Shown one piece after another: positions 12,785 through 25,352 of a DNA stretch of 64,000 nt (the stretch's first letter is position 1; the number at the start of each line of letters is the position of its first letter). The stretch is from contig CP158635.1 in assembly GCA_050273025.1 (NCBI GenBank), positions 25,916,001-25,980,000 on the forward strand. The letters run 5' to 3'. Under the pieces are notes generated by a model. It did no database searches and was not told the origin of the DNA. It was given only the letters and a program-made list of their open reading frames with translations. The translations under genes and the position numbers were made by a program. The DNA is from Cenococcum geophilum (Eukaryota).

Positions 12785-13598
12785 CAGGGATGCACATAAT
12801 CAGCGCAACCGTAATCGGCCCATAGATTTTGATTCTTGTAAAATCGCCCCTTTTGATTCTGATTGATTGCATTGATTATTTTAGTTATGCACTAATTTCC
12901 TAATTAGGTAATAGGCGTAAATACATGTAGATGGTGATTAAAAAGGAATTCTAGATAAGATATGCTGTAACGCGTTAACGCGTACGGAGGTGTGGGTAAA
13001 AAGTTCCTGGCCCCCTATTTTCGCGCTAGCCTTTGGTGGCTTAGTGTGGCGCATATTAGGCCTAGGCTAGACCCTACCGGGGCTTAGCGCGTATAGTAGG
13101 GTCACCACGTATATAACTCTCTCCTCAACACCACACTCTAGAGGCTTCCAAAATACATTTTATATGAATTGCTTATCACGAACAGTAGGATATAAAATGT
13201 ATTTTGGAAGCCTCTGGAGTGTGGTGTTGAGGAGAGAGTTATATACGTGGTGACCCTACTATACGCGCTAAGCCCCGGTAGGGTCTAGCCTAGGCCTAAT
13301 ATGCGCCACACTAAGCCACCAAAGGCTAGCGCGAAAATGGGGGGCCAGGAACTTTTTACCCACACCTCCGTATATATTAACGTTTTCTAAGAAAGCCCGC
13401 ACGGCCTTTTTTTGTATGCAAAACCGCAGGCTCGGCGCTTTTTAGAAAATCAATGCGCAACTTTCTCAACACCAAAGCTTTATCACTATATTCTATTCCT
13501 ACGCGTTCTTCCCGCGGGTGATTATATTGATTACGATTAGTTATATTATATAGTAATCATAACTTATATAACTAATAGAATAGTTATATGCATCCCTG
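12785..13598. mobile_element. Non-autonomous hAT-like element (hosts a nested MITE)
   Basis: TIR CAGGGATGCACATAA / TTATATGCATCCCTG (14/15 match); imperfect 8-bp TSD AAAGTACC/ACCGTACC. Removal rejoins the HET motif LDFCRLLHRTRSC. Confidence 0.75.
12985..13370. mobile_element. Fold-back MITE (181-bp arms, 24-bp loop), TA-flanked
   Basis: 12985-13165 is the reverse complement of 13190-13370 with two mismatches found; TA on both sides, as for Tc1/mariner targets. Confidence 0.93.
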
Positions 13599-13806
13599 AC
13601 CGTACCAGGTCCTGTGGTCTCCCAAAATCTAAGAAAATACCAGAATTTCGACTGATCGACTGCCTGGCCAGGAAGACCATAGCTCCCCACGCAGTCCTCG
13701 CATATGTGGCATTAGGTTATGTCCAGGGCTTGCCTAACCATGCCGCTACCAAGAGGCCTAGTCGGGAGTCTGACCGCTCGGTCGGGTAGAGCTAGTTGTT
13801 GAGGAT

Positions 13807-14559
13807 CAGTGCTCTTATCAATATTCAATATCAGTATGAGGCCGTATTGATATTGATATTGAATGTTGAATATAGTACAGTCCTGGCATAGTGTTTTAAT
13901 TGAAAGTAGGCTCCGTACGCCCTCGGGCTCTGGCAGAGCTTCTAAATAGCTGCTCTCTCGCGACTGCCCCCTCACCACTACCGTCACCTTCGTGATCCTT
14001 GGCGTGGTGCGGTGGATGTCGGCTGCTCTCTAGATTCTGTCAAGGCCTCCGAAGCCTCTTGTACCACATTCACTGCCATAGGCCTCCCTCCGGCGGTAAT
14101 ACTACTTAGTGGCCAGCTCTTCAAGCACTCCGTACGTTCAACATCGGTACTCCCTAGCGATATGCGGCCAGCTAACTGGCACCTTTTACGAGGCGACTTT
14201 GGGGTGGTTACAGTTGGTGTATTTGGTGTGGAGTCGCTCGACGCGTCGTCCTCGCCGCCAGAGTGGATAAACCGATCAGGATCAAGCTCAGAAATAGCAG
14301 AGGAGGATGTATCATCGTCCTCAATTACGTTGGTAGGTGAGGGAAGCATGGCGTTGATCAAGATAGAGTGTACGGAGGTGCAAAAATCGCTAAAATTAAC
14401 GATGTTGTGCGCGATGACTTGTAATTTTTACCTTTTATAATAAATTCGAAATACGCACGTATTGTAAGGAGGCCCAAGAGTCATTTACCGATATATCTAC
14501 CTTATTTCTACCACCTCAACTCTAAAAAAATTCAATATTCAATATTGATAAGAGCACTG
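13807..14559 (-). mobile_element. Non-autonomous hAT-like element (deletion derivative)
   Basis: 19-bp TIR CAGTGCTCTTATCAATATT / AATATTGATAAGAGCACTG; 8-bp TSD TTGAGGAT/TTGAAGAT (7/8). Internal minus-strand acidic Ser/Thr-rich ORF fragment at 13984-14361. Confidence 0.82.
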
Positions 14560-16162
14560 TTGAAGATGTCATTCGGGCAACCTGTCGATTCAACTATCGC
14601 TCTCTGTAGGTTAGCTGTTATTGCATCCCTCAAGAGGACAGTGAGCAAATAAATATTCAGTTACAGAGTGTCGACCTGTCAGACGTCAGTTTTAGCCCAG
14701 TTTCAGCTTAGTTTCACCACTCTCCTGTATATAAGCCTGCGTCTACGTATATTTCAAATCCTTACACGAGTTTTTCTTTCTAGCCTGGTATGTCCGGTCG
14801 ACACAAAGTATGAACCTAGTGTACCAAAATGCCGAGGTTACGATCATAGCTGAGCTGGGGAGAATTCATCTTTTGACCTTCCTGAAATTAGCACAAGGAA
14901 ACGTATTACTCAACCCTGCGTTGAACTGAGTAGATGCACTCTTGTTTCAGCCTTGCCTGCAAGGGATTCGCTTATGCGAGACTCTGTGTGGTTTACTAGG
15001 GCCTAGACACTTTAAGAGAATTACTTTTCCAGAACACGTTTGATGTTCACCGAGAATCAAGCCTTTTTCGAATGTTCAGGAATGATATGCTAAGAGACGA
15101 TCGATGTGTCGTTGGTTCCTACCGATATGGAAAGCAAGCAACGTGTCACACACGATGTACGACCCTCAGCCGGAGACCAGCCAGCATTTGCCAGACGAAA
15201 TTTCACTTACGGCTTGATTCAGCTTATTATCGATTACAACGCAGGAAGATTAACGTATTAATCCGATGCCTTCAATAGAGTCTTGGGAATACTGCAGTCA
15301 TTTCAACAGGAGTGCCCACCAATATATCATTTGTAGGGAATACCTGTTTTGCCACTGAACACAACTCGCATTAACGAGGATAGCATCATGGAAATTGCAA
15401 TTAGCTCACTCGAAAGATTTACGGATGGACTTATTTAGATAGGATTCAGAGTGAAAAGATGTCCAGAGTCTCCTAGTTGGTCTTGAGCTGGTTGGGGTAG
15501 ATATGTGGGTCGAACTTGAGGATGGAAAGCTGATGTGTTAGGAAGAATATGACCAGCTGGGCAAATTCTGTGCGGGGAAATTATTAATGTCCCGTTTTCT
15601 GCATATTGAGGCTGCTACGGCCAACTTTCGTCTCAATTACTCAAAGGGAAGGCGGTATGTTATTTTAATCAATCCCAGTACAGAAGAAGTAGTGTTGGGA
15701 TTTTGGCCACTACATTTATTAGGCTCATGTGAGGATGATTCCTATGAGAAACTGCACCGACAAGACCGAGACGGTATAATTATGGGAAACGCAAAGGAGT
15801 CGTAAGGATTGAACATACATATATTGGTGGTCGAGTGATTGGATGGCTTTGCTGAGCGAATTGGCACTGTTAGTGGCGTCTTAGGTTTCCTACTTGAGAA
15901 GACTGAGCGATGGATAATTCGATTGGGTTAGGATGGAAAAAGGAAAATTATCACGGAAGTTATTCTTGGATTAAATATTCTAGGTCGCAAAAAAGAACAA
16001 GATATCAAGCTTAAAACGGTTTCATACGTCTTTCCGGTCTCGGACTTGTTGAATCTCCACAGTACTACCTCTTCCTATCCTGTTAATTAAACTGCGCAAA
16101 TTCATAAACTTTCTACATAGTGCTATATCGAAAGCAGGTATCGATAGGTTAGAGCGGCTGTG

Positions 16163-16566
16163 TGTGTTAGCAATTAGGAAGGGTACGAACTTACATAGTT
16201 TTAACCAGTGGGGTTAACATGTATTCTGAAAGGATGAATAAAAGGTGTTGTATACCTGATATTCCACAAGGCAGGCGAAAGGGTCTCGGTGTCAAAAGCC
16301 CTGAATCTATACTGATTCTCTGTGTACCTGCTGTTCTCTGTTTGCTACATGGTTGCACGAGTATCCCTACCAAGTTACACGCCAGATCCCCTAATATCCT
16401 TCCCTGACCGAATCAGGCCGCACCGGGAGCCAAGATAACAACCACTACGCCATATACCAAGGACCCGTTACAACGGCCAGGGAGACTACAGGGTTCTCAA
16501 AACAGGTTGTTATGAGTTTATTAGTAGCCTCTCAGTAAGCGATGGAGCAGATATATAATCACTACA
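16163..16566. mobile_element. Probable solo LTR (404 bp)
   Basis: TG...CA termini (TGTGTTAG...CACTACA) flanked by CTGTG/CTATG, a 5-bp TSD with one G/A difference. Confidence 0.5.
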
Positions 16567-16599
16567 CTATGTAATAAATACATTCGCTTGGTATTTATA

Positions 16600-18029
16600 T
16601 TATTTTAGGTCGGCCCATTTGAGCTCATAGCCATAGACTGTACGTCTAAGGAGCTGATCCTATGACTGCCGTAAGCCTGTGCGAACGATGGCCTTGTATT
16701 TAGGAAGAGCTTACACCCAGGTCTTCCTCGAACATGACTTTATCCATGACCTTTTCAAAAATCTTGGCGACGGTAAAGCCATTCTCACGGGCGACATCGA
16801 AGAACGCGAGATCCTTTTCTAGGAGCCATGGCCTGTAAGGTGTGAAAAATACAAGTGCTCGCGAGGAGGAGGTTCGGTTCAACGTTTCTTGCACCGTTTT
16901 GACTAGTTTGCTGTGTTCGGAGTGGTTGAAGAGGAGATCGGCCAGGATTAGGATATCGAACCCTGAAGGATTACGATCTTTAGGTAGATGCGCAGTGAGT
17001 TTTTCTGTCGATGCACCCCAGAGGTGGCCCTTTAGAAAAGCAATGTTAGTTGAATTCACCAGTTGCCTGGTCCAAAAGCCGTAATACAGGGTGTACAGCG
17101 TCCGGTGTCCCCTGTGTGCGCGCGCAACATACAGCAATTTCGCTTCGTACGCACTAGAGAATTTCAAGTTTAACTCTTGTAATTAAGCTTAAAAAATCAA
17201 AGGCTTTGCCTTTCTTGCAGGTGCACAGCTCTTTTGGCAAGCTCACAGTATCTACGCTGGATGGTGCATTTGACTAGTGATTACCGAAATTGCTGTATGT
17301 TGCGCGCGCACACAGAGGGGGGGACACCGGATGCCGTACACCCTGTACGTGGACCAATAGTTTTAGAAATACTAACTTCTACATCGATATTAAGAGTATT
17401 GGGTAGGAGCGTGCAGTGTGAGACATTGTAGCGCAAATTTTCCACAAGATCGGCATCGGGATAGTCCGTCACGACCACTTGCTTGGCGCCATTGATGGCG
17501 CATACAAGGCTTGGCAGACCACTTCCAGCGCCGAGCTCTAGCACTGTCTTGCCTTTGATCAGGCCATCTGCACGTTCTTCGAGGTAGGTGGAGAGCGTTC
17601 GGCCTGCATTCCATAGGAGGTGGCCCTGGTATGATTAGGGCTCGGAGGCTTTAGGCGTCTTTCGCCCCCAAGTTGTGAAGGTGATGAAAAAATAGATGAA
17701 TTGCAATGAGGAGATATAAGATTCAGAGAGGGGCGTATCGTTCCTCAAATCGAGGTTACAATGATGGAACGAATCGTATGATACGGAAAGGTAAAAACAG
17801 CAGATAGAAAAATTGGTAGGTTGGGAGAGGGGTATAACAGTAGATGGATATATTGATAACCAGTATAACCTTAATACCGTACCCACAGAGGATTGTGTCC
17901 CACTAGCCGCACCTGTAAGTCCTTTCCAGATAGCAGGGAATGGGTTGCAAAAGTTGCCTCCTTTTCGGGCTGATAGAAATCGGGTGGTTCCTCAAAGAGG
18001 TTGATATTGTCGCCATCGTTGGAGGCCAT
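16600..18029 (-). CDS. EFM7: Protein N-terminal/lysine methyltransferase Efm7 (Nnt1), SAM-dependent
   Basis: Exons give [19 protein letters not shown]...[18 protein letters not shown]...[16 protein letters not shown]...[16 protein letters not shown]...[10 protein letters not shown]...[24 protein letters not shown]. Three GT-AG introns. Confidence 0.92.
17087..17345. mobile_element. TA-flanked MITE inside EFM7 intron 2
   Basis: About 55-60 bp TIRs beginning CAGGGTGTAC...TGCGCGCGCAACATACAGCAATTTCG, with the reverse complement ending ...GTACACCCTG; TA on both sides. Confidence 0.9.
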
Positions 18030-19170
18030 TTTCCGGGAAAAGAGATGACCTGAAAAGCGACACAAACTTTACTTGGTTCAGGGCCAAATAGGGTGATAGG
18101 CACTAGGAACGTGCGGAGGAGGGTTCTAGGGTGGTGGAATGGGCGCGTAGGAAATTTTCGAGATGCCTGCAATACAGAAAAATATTACCGTAGGTTATTA
18201 CCGTGTTGGCCTTAACTTTGGCGTGATGGCAGGGGGCCAAGTTCCTTTTGTGGGCACATTACCGCGGATTAGTCAGTGGCTCACTGCAGGGCAAAATACT
18301 AGGGCCTAGGATTGATCCAGACCGACTGAGAACTGCGTGTAATAAAAGAGCTGCCGTGAGAACTTGGAGTACACCGTCTTACCTCAGCCATCACCGTCGG
18401 CGGCCTCACAAAGGCACAGCGGCTGTAGCGAGGTCTTCGCCTAGGTCATCACCATCTTTCGCTGCTAGCACCAAAGCAGTAATAAAACTTGCTCAACTGC
18501 ATAATGCCCGACTGATACGCCCGCAAGGGCCTCCTCCATTATCTTGACATCAACCTCGAAAGCTCCATCACAGACGAGTGCGTGGAGCCGCAGAATCATC
18601 TCACTGACGGCTGTGGGTTCAAGAGTCCGTGTTCTATTGGGAAGGCGTAGGAGCCTCAGTTCGCGATTCTGTATGTTGAGATCACGCCTGATAATTCTTT
18701 ATCAACAACTTCTGAAACCTATTCACTTGTATTTCTTTTTTCCTCAACTCAGACATATTAATCTGCTCGTTTCTGCTCCAACTACCTCGCTCACTGCGCC
18801 AGCCAACCACCTTTTAATTTGGCGGATGCCGTCCTCTAAGCGCTGCGAACCACATCTCTCTTTCGGGTCGCGACGTTAGGGTGGTGTGCCAGCCATTCCC
18901 TCAGCTTGGTTTACAGAGGTACAAGGCGCATACCCGCACACCGTGTCCCTTGCTTGCCGTGCTAGAAGCTTGTATGTATGCCGCTTCGTCCCGTAATTCA
19001 TTACCCCGTACGTAGTTGGCGTCTTGGAAGACAGCACGGCCATTCGCCTTCCACCCCCTCCGTTGTGATTTCCGCAATATACAGGGACCACAAAGCTCAC
19101 AGTATGGAAAGATACTCGCATGATAGGCCTGTATTCGAGCACGTTCCCGTCCCTTTGATTGCACGCAAAC

Positions 19171-21205
19171 ATGCCTTGGCTCGACGTCAACGGTGAGAGA
19201 AAGAAAGTTGCATGGTAAGTCTGACCTAGTCTTTGCAATCTTCTTCTTCTTCTTCTCCTACCTAATTTTGCCCAACCTTCCCTATCCTACTGAGATTGTC
19301 CTTCGACTGACATCGGTTACCTCAAAAGTGGTCCATGCATTCGTGGTCACCGATCTTCGAAATGCGATCACAAGGATCGCGTTTTGCTGGAGGTTCGCAA
19401 GCCTGGTCGCCCGTTGAGTAGCTGTCCTCACCCGGTAGGATCATGCAGCTGCGAGCGCCTGGTAATCAATTACACAATCCCCAAGAGTATGAATTCCTTC
19501 AATTTTTTGAATCAATATCCTAATTGCGATACCTTCAGCATCTGAATGTGCTTGTCCTTCGGAAAATGCTCCTGCGGCCACTCCAAGTACGCCAGTACCA
19601 GCTGGTAGTGCGAATCGGGTGCAGAAAAGCAGACGTAAGAAGTCCACTAGCACTTTCAATCCAGTCGCCCTGCAGAGAGCTATGGAGAGTAACAATGGTG
19701 GTACTTCATCGCAGGCGGCGAAAACACCTACCAGTGTCACCTTACCGGAGTCAGAGCCAGGGTCAAACAACGGAGCCTCACCAACATCGAGCACGAGCTC
19801 GACTCCCCGCATGAACCCAATTCTGCCGCGAAAGCAAAGTTATAATTCAGGTGTACAAATATTGGAACGCGCCTTCACAGGCGATGACAAGAACGAGTCG
19901 TCTCATGGGCAACCTTCATCGAATGGCTACCGAGAAATTGCGCCGGAACCTAACGATCTCAACGGGACCTCTAATTGCTGTAAACCAAAACCTAAGCCTA
20001 AATTGAGCCGCCAAGAATCGGAGCCTCTTCCTAAACAACAAAATGGTGGATGTTGCTGCAGTAAATCCACGGAACAAGCAAAGGAGGGCCAAGTAAAGGA
20101 TTCATGCTACTCAGGAACAAGGCGTAAACCGCAGACTGAATCGCTAGCACAGATCCAGATGCAACCGCCAGATTTTCAGAATGTCATCCCTTATCAGAAA
20201 CCTGCACTAAACGGTCAATTTCACAACATTGGCTCATCGTACACTCCCATCCACGGCCAGATGAATATAGGAGATCAACATGTGCCATTCGCACTGGGCC
20301 ATCCCGGCAACATGTCAGGTAATGTGATGATGCCATCTAGCTACGGTTTTGGTCCACCTATATTCACTGCTCCGACAGCCTGTCAGCATCATCCGAGATT
20401 CGGCATGGCCTCAAACCACGCAATAAATGATGGTACCGGAAATCGGTTGGAACATAATTGTCACTGCGGTGATGGCTGCGCTTGTTTTGGTTGCGCTGCT
20501 CATCCTCACAACGCCACGATGACTCATTATCTTCGGGAAATGAATGACTTTATGAGGAATGGGGGTTCAGACGCTTCGATGTCATCTGCATTTGACGTCC
20601 CTGCCTATCCGCACCAGCCAACGTATCTATTGCAGCACCAACAAAATTTCACCTATAATCAGAATGCACAATCTTTCGATTTCCCGAGATTGCCCTCGCC
20701 CACTCTGCAGTACCAAGTTGATATGAATTCTCTAATGAATTTGCCACAGCAAGACAACACAAACGTATATTGGCCACAGGGCGGGATGCGGACACCGGCA
20801 CAAACTACTCCAATGGCCGAGTTTGAACAGTTTAACTCGAGCACCCAGAGTCACACCACACAGCCGTGCATGCCTGGAGAAGGCAAAATGCCTAGCAGTC
20901 CTTCGTTCGTAGAGAGCCCTGATAATCAGGACAATGATGAGACGCTCACCCTCTCGCCATCTTCTTTCTTCTTGCAAACACTTGTTCTCCCAGGTTGTAA
21001 CGATGCCACTGGCACCTGCCAATGTGGCGATGGCTGCGAGTGTGTCGGCTGTCTTACACACGGAGGTCACAACGGGATATCTCTCGATAGTCCGATACCC
21101 AACGAGCAAAACCACTACCCGGGGTTCGTTGCCAGTGCGAACCTGACCAGTAGTCATACGGAAGGAGACCCGTACCTTCAGGCGCTGGCGGACACACCAG
21201 CCTGA
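19171..21205 (+). CDS. MAC1: Copper-fist transcription factor, Mac1/GRISEA-like
   Basis: Exons 19171-19214, 19329-19486, 19539-21205. N-terminal copper fist KVACGPCIRGHRSSKCDH...KPGRP; two C-terminal Cys-rich repeats CHCGDGCACFGCAAH and CQCGDGCECVGCLTH as in Mac1-type activators. Confidence 0.88.
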
Positions 21206-23966
21206 AAATATGGCTAGAAGCTTAGTTGGTGTTTTCTTTTGGACCACATAAAACTATCTCTGCTACCTAATCACCCTGCGCTTCTAAATATTACCATCGG
21301 CACTTGGTGGCTTCGCCATATACACCTCCGGCAATCGTGTCACAATAAGAGCATCGGTCGGGCCAACATATTTGTGAGCCTGTGCAACTCAAGAGCCGTT
21401 TCTGTGGACGCCAACCATTGTCTTGCTACTACAACCGGCGCTAACTCGCTATTTTCGTGCCCACTCGAGCTGTACAAGAACAAATCTCACGATACGGGCG
21501 TATTTACGAGTACCAATTAGGTCAGCAGGTAACGCGCCCTTATTCTGGAGTATGAAACGGACGTAAATGCTTGGCCACTGAAGCCAAAACACGGCTGCTT
21601 CCTCTCTCTTCCTACTTTCTGCTAGCAGCTTTTCAATTTTACTTTCTTACCTACCCTTTCGATTATTCTGGTCTTCTTCCTGTACTAAAATTGCTTCCGC
21701 TCATCTAAGCAACATATACCGTGTCCTATACAGCGAGGGCACTTTTTGCATGTCACTTCCGGCACTTCACTCGTCGCTCAACGGCATGACCTATGTAACT
21801 CCACTATATACATTCGCCGAAGCGGGCTCTTCGGTTCCCCACAAGGCGCTCGAGCCTAGAAGTGCGGGTACTTGAATCAAATATGTTTTGCGCATCCGTA
21901 TGGTTGTCCTGATTTTCAGATTCAGGCATTGGTGTGGCGCTGACTGCATGCAGGCGGGGGATTATGTACGCACTAATGCACTAATGCACTAATGCATTAC
22001 AGTCGAGCTGCTACTGCATCGATTCAGCCATGCTGATGCACCATGACGTTACTGACCGGGTTGAGAAATATGTCAGCCTTATTAATGAGGGAAGGAAAGT
22101 AAGAGGGGTGGGTGGGGTGATGGAGACGATATCTGCTAACGCTCTTTTCCTGGATCTACTCTAGATCCGTCAGCGCAACAACCACGCAGCTTGGCTTTGG
22201 TCTTCCCGTTAACGAGGCGTCCGCTGTCGCGCAAGCTAGTGCGAATCCAACTCGCTGGGATCCGGATGGCTGCAGAATCTGCTCTGCTGTAGCACTTGCG
22301 GGAGCCGGAAATATAAAACAGTCTTCACCGGTGCAAGTTGTGGACCTGACAAGCTCTGTCCCTGTCGCCGTGTCTTGCACTATATTAACTATGCGTTAGC
22401 ATGCACACTCGCCCGAGTCCCGGAGCCACAAGACAAGCAAGAACAGGACTGTTGGTGTTGGTGTGTTACGTTATTGTTTGGCAGGAATAGAAGAGGATGT
22501 CGCGCGGCGCTATACAGTCCCGGTCCTGGGACTGGAGACTACAAAAGGAAAAGGCGCAAGAAGCGGTAGAAGGTAGGCTGAGGTCTATGAGAGGAGAGAG
22601 AAGGTCGGAGGGGATTTCAGAAAGACTCCACAGTCTTGCGGAGATCGTCTTCGTGACTCCGCCGGCCCTTGCAGTTTCTAGGTTTTATTTGTAAACATTT
22701 AAGGGACATTGTTGGAAATCTCCGTTCCTGGTCAATAAGATGGCGTGTCTAAGTAGTAAGCGGGATCCGGAAAGCCAGAGCGGACTCGCCGCAGAGAGGT
22801 CGTAGGGATACGAAGCAGAGAGCAAGAATCATGAAGTTAAAACAGCCTTACATGAAACAAACGAAATATACTTTTCTTCGAGGAAGGCCATGATGAAGAT
22901 CCAGCCTAGCTGCCTAGATTGGACACCACGCAAAGGTGTAAGCCGAGATGAACTAAGCCACTCAACTTCATAAAATTCACGCAAAATTAGCGCACTTGTC
23001 GCAATGCTGGAGAAATTAGCAATTATTTTTTTTACTCGGCCAAAAGCTCAATCCATGGAGTGAAAAAATACATTATACATTTGAGATATCGCAGCAGCCA
23101 ACCAAAGCCAACCCATCATCTCCCCCACCGCCATAGCCGCATACCACCCATCCGGCCCGCACCCCCGTCCCCGGGGCAGGCCATATTCCGAACCAGACAG
23201 GCAAGATATATGAATAGGTCAAGCTTTGAAGGTCGAGTACAGCCAGTAGCAATAGTAACAAGCATACTAAGTCAAAAACCTGTCCCTTCTCTCCTCCCAA
23301 GTTTTTCCCTTTCGACAGAGACGGACTGTGTTTCGCGCGCGCAATTGCACACCTTGCCTTCCTTTATGAATAAACCATTCGAGAAAAGGATGAGCAGCAA
23401 AGTGAAGTAGGAAAACAAAAACAAAGGAAAAAGGACAACAAAAACAGCGGGGGGGTGAAGCTTGTCTGGGCGTCTCCGAAGGAAAAATGCAGAGATGATA
23501 GCCGTAAAGGAGAAAAGCAAAAATAGTAAACGCTAGTCAGAAAAAACCTACGAACGCTAGATGGGAGCAAATATGGAGATGGGAAGAATGGGACAATGCC
23601 ATTTCATACATAAATGTTGTGGACAGCCAAACTCCCCCCATAGCTTCAGATTTCTTCATACGTACCAAGGTTCTGGCAACATAGTCCCTAACATGCTGTA
23701 ATGGACAAAGTGTGCATATAACATTGGTTCGTAGAAGAGATCTTTGTACGATAGTGTTCCTAGCCACTTCGATGGAATTTTCCGACATGCGAAAGTACTT
23801 AACTTCTTTTTCTTTTTCTTGAATCTCTTAATAATTTCCCCCCCGAAACCCGTTCGGAAGATGGTACTTGGCATGCAGACCACGAGAAATGCAACACATA
23901 AACACAACTGAGAACATATGTTGGCTGGGTATATCGCATCAAGACCAACTCTGCGTTTCGTTGCAA

Positions 23967-25352
23967 CTATGATAAAACAATGGTGATCTTTCCAGAGCTG
24001 GCCGCAACCTATTGAAAAATTAGTTGAGTTTGCAAATAATCTTGACAATTAAGAACTCACAGTACAGCCTGCAACGGAATTGCAGTCGCTGTAATTATCA
24101 CCAGAGCAGTACTGGCCATTCGAGTACTTGCACTTTCCGACGACGTTATCACCAGTAATTTCAACGGTGTAGTCAAGCTTGGCAGTTGTCGTTGGGGCGT
24201 TTTGGAAGAGAGAGATCCAAGCCTTGCCATCGATGAACCCGACACCCAAATTTGCTGGTGCATAGTTGCCAACCGGCTGCGACCCATCGCCCCACCAGCA
24301 AGCATCGGATTGTTCGACACCCAGGTTGTTAAGGTAGTACTGAGCAGATGTTGGCTTGTTGTTCCAGTGGTAGTAGTCGCTGCCGTCAGGGCATGCAAGC
24401 TCGGTAATGGTATCGGGCTCAGTTTGGAGTGGGACGGTCTCGCCCTCACTGCCTGTTTAGATGTTAGAATAGAACTGGCACCTGCTCACTTCGAATACTT
24501 ACCGGGATAATCAGTACGGCAGATGGAAGCACAGCCTGATAATTTGTTCTGAACAACGACTTCAACCTTATCGGTGCCTTTCACGCAAAGGGTCTTTGCA
24601 ATTGAACCGCTTGCCATCTCGAGCTCGCCGTTGTTGCAGTACAGACCACCAAGAGATTGGCCATCAAGTCCCTGCAGCTCAGGCCAAGAAGCTTTAAGAT
24701 AACCAGGAGGGCAGTTGTAGGAGCAGAAGCTTCCACTCTTGCAGCAGCTACCATCTGGGCAGGATCCCTTGGGAACAGTGGAGATGTCATTGTAGCCGTC
24801 GCCCCCAGAGTAGCCAGGACTTTGAATACCGATCCAGCCAGCCAGACCCATATAGTCAACCGGAACTGCACCATAGCCAGAAGGGAACGAACTGCAGGGG
24901 AGACCAGAAGGGAATGGTTTGTCGACCCCCTCTCCATAAGAAGCGGATGACGCTGGCGCAACACTCGACTCCACTGCGGAACTTGCAGGAGCAGATGAAA
25001 CCTCGGCGACGTAAACGGACGGGCTGGGGGTTGATGTTGGCGTAGGAGTTGGCGTGGGGGTTGGCGTAGGGATTGATGAATGATATTCCTGAAGGCCACC
25101 ATCGTCCTCCCAAATAAGCGTACCGTTGTGGATGCCCTCCATAACCTCAGTCTCGGAAATGGGGCTTCCATTCAGCATGTAGAGAATAACAGTCCGAACG
25201 GGAGGATATGCGCCGTCGGCGACAGGATTTGGCTCACGATTAATGAGGTCGCGAGGAGCATGACGGTGACGATGGCGATGAGGCTGGACTGCCGCGAAAG
25301 CAGCGCCTACGAAAAGTAATACTTCGATAAGCAATACTTCGGTAAGCTTCAT
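23967..25352 (-). CDS. SUN-family (GH132) secreted cell-wall beta-1,3-glucanase
   Basis: Signal peptide, (PT)n linker, SUN domain CSSFPSGYGAVPVDYMGLAGWIGIQ, CSYNCPPGY, GGLYC, CRTDYPG. Exons about 25352-24502, 24454-24061, 24008-23967 (VAASSGKITIVLS*). Confidence 0.92.

Larger units (their letters stand above)
12114..15931 (+). pseudogene. HET (heterokaryon incompatibility) domain pseudogene, interrupted by four TE insertions
   Basis: Ordered motifs LCERCAAIDF, *LDFC..H...C, FRLIDC, YVALGYV.G, VEDVI...RSL*V..YCIPQED, AEVTIIA, WFTRA*TL*E..SR.RL.FT..Q..FEC, HL*GIP, SPSWS*AGW, ERIG...IRLG*. Contains stops and frameshifts. 5' end probably near 11790. Confidence 0.85.

Noticed and set aside
18488..18495. 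CTTGCTCA upstream of MAC1 as an autoregulatory copper-response element
   Set aside because: Single imperfect match to TTTGCTCA, expected by chance.
21970..21998. Short tandem repeats (GCACTAAT x3-4 here; CGTCAATCT x4 near 36171-36207)
   Set aside because: Too short to interpret; ordinary slippage repeats.
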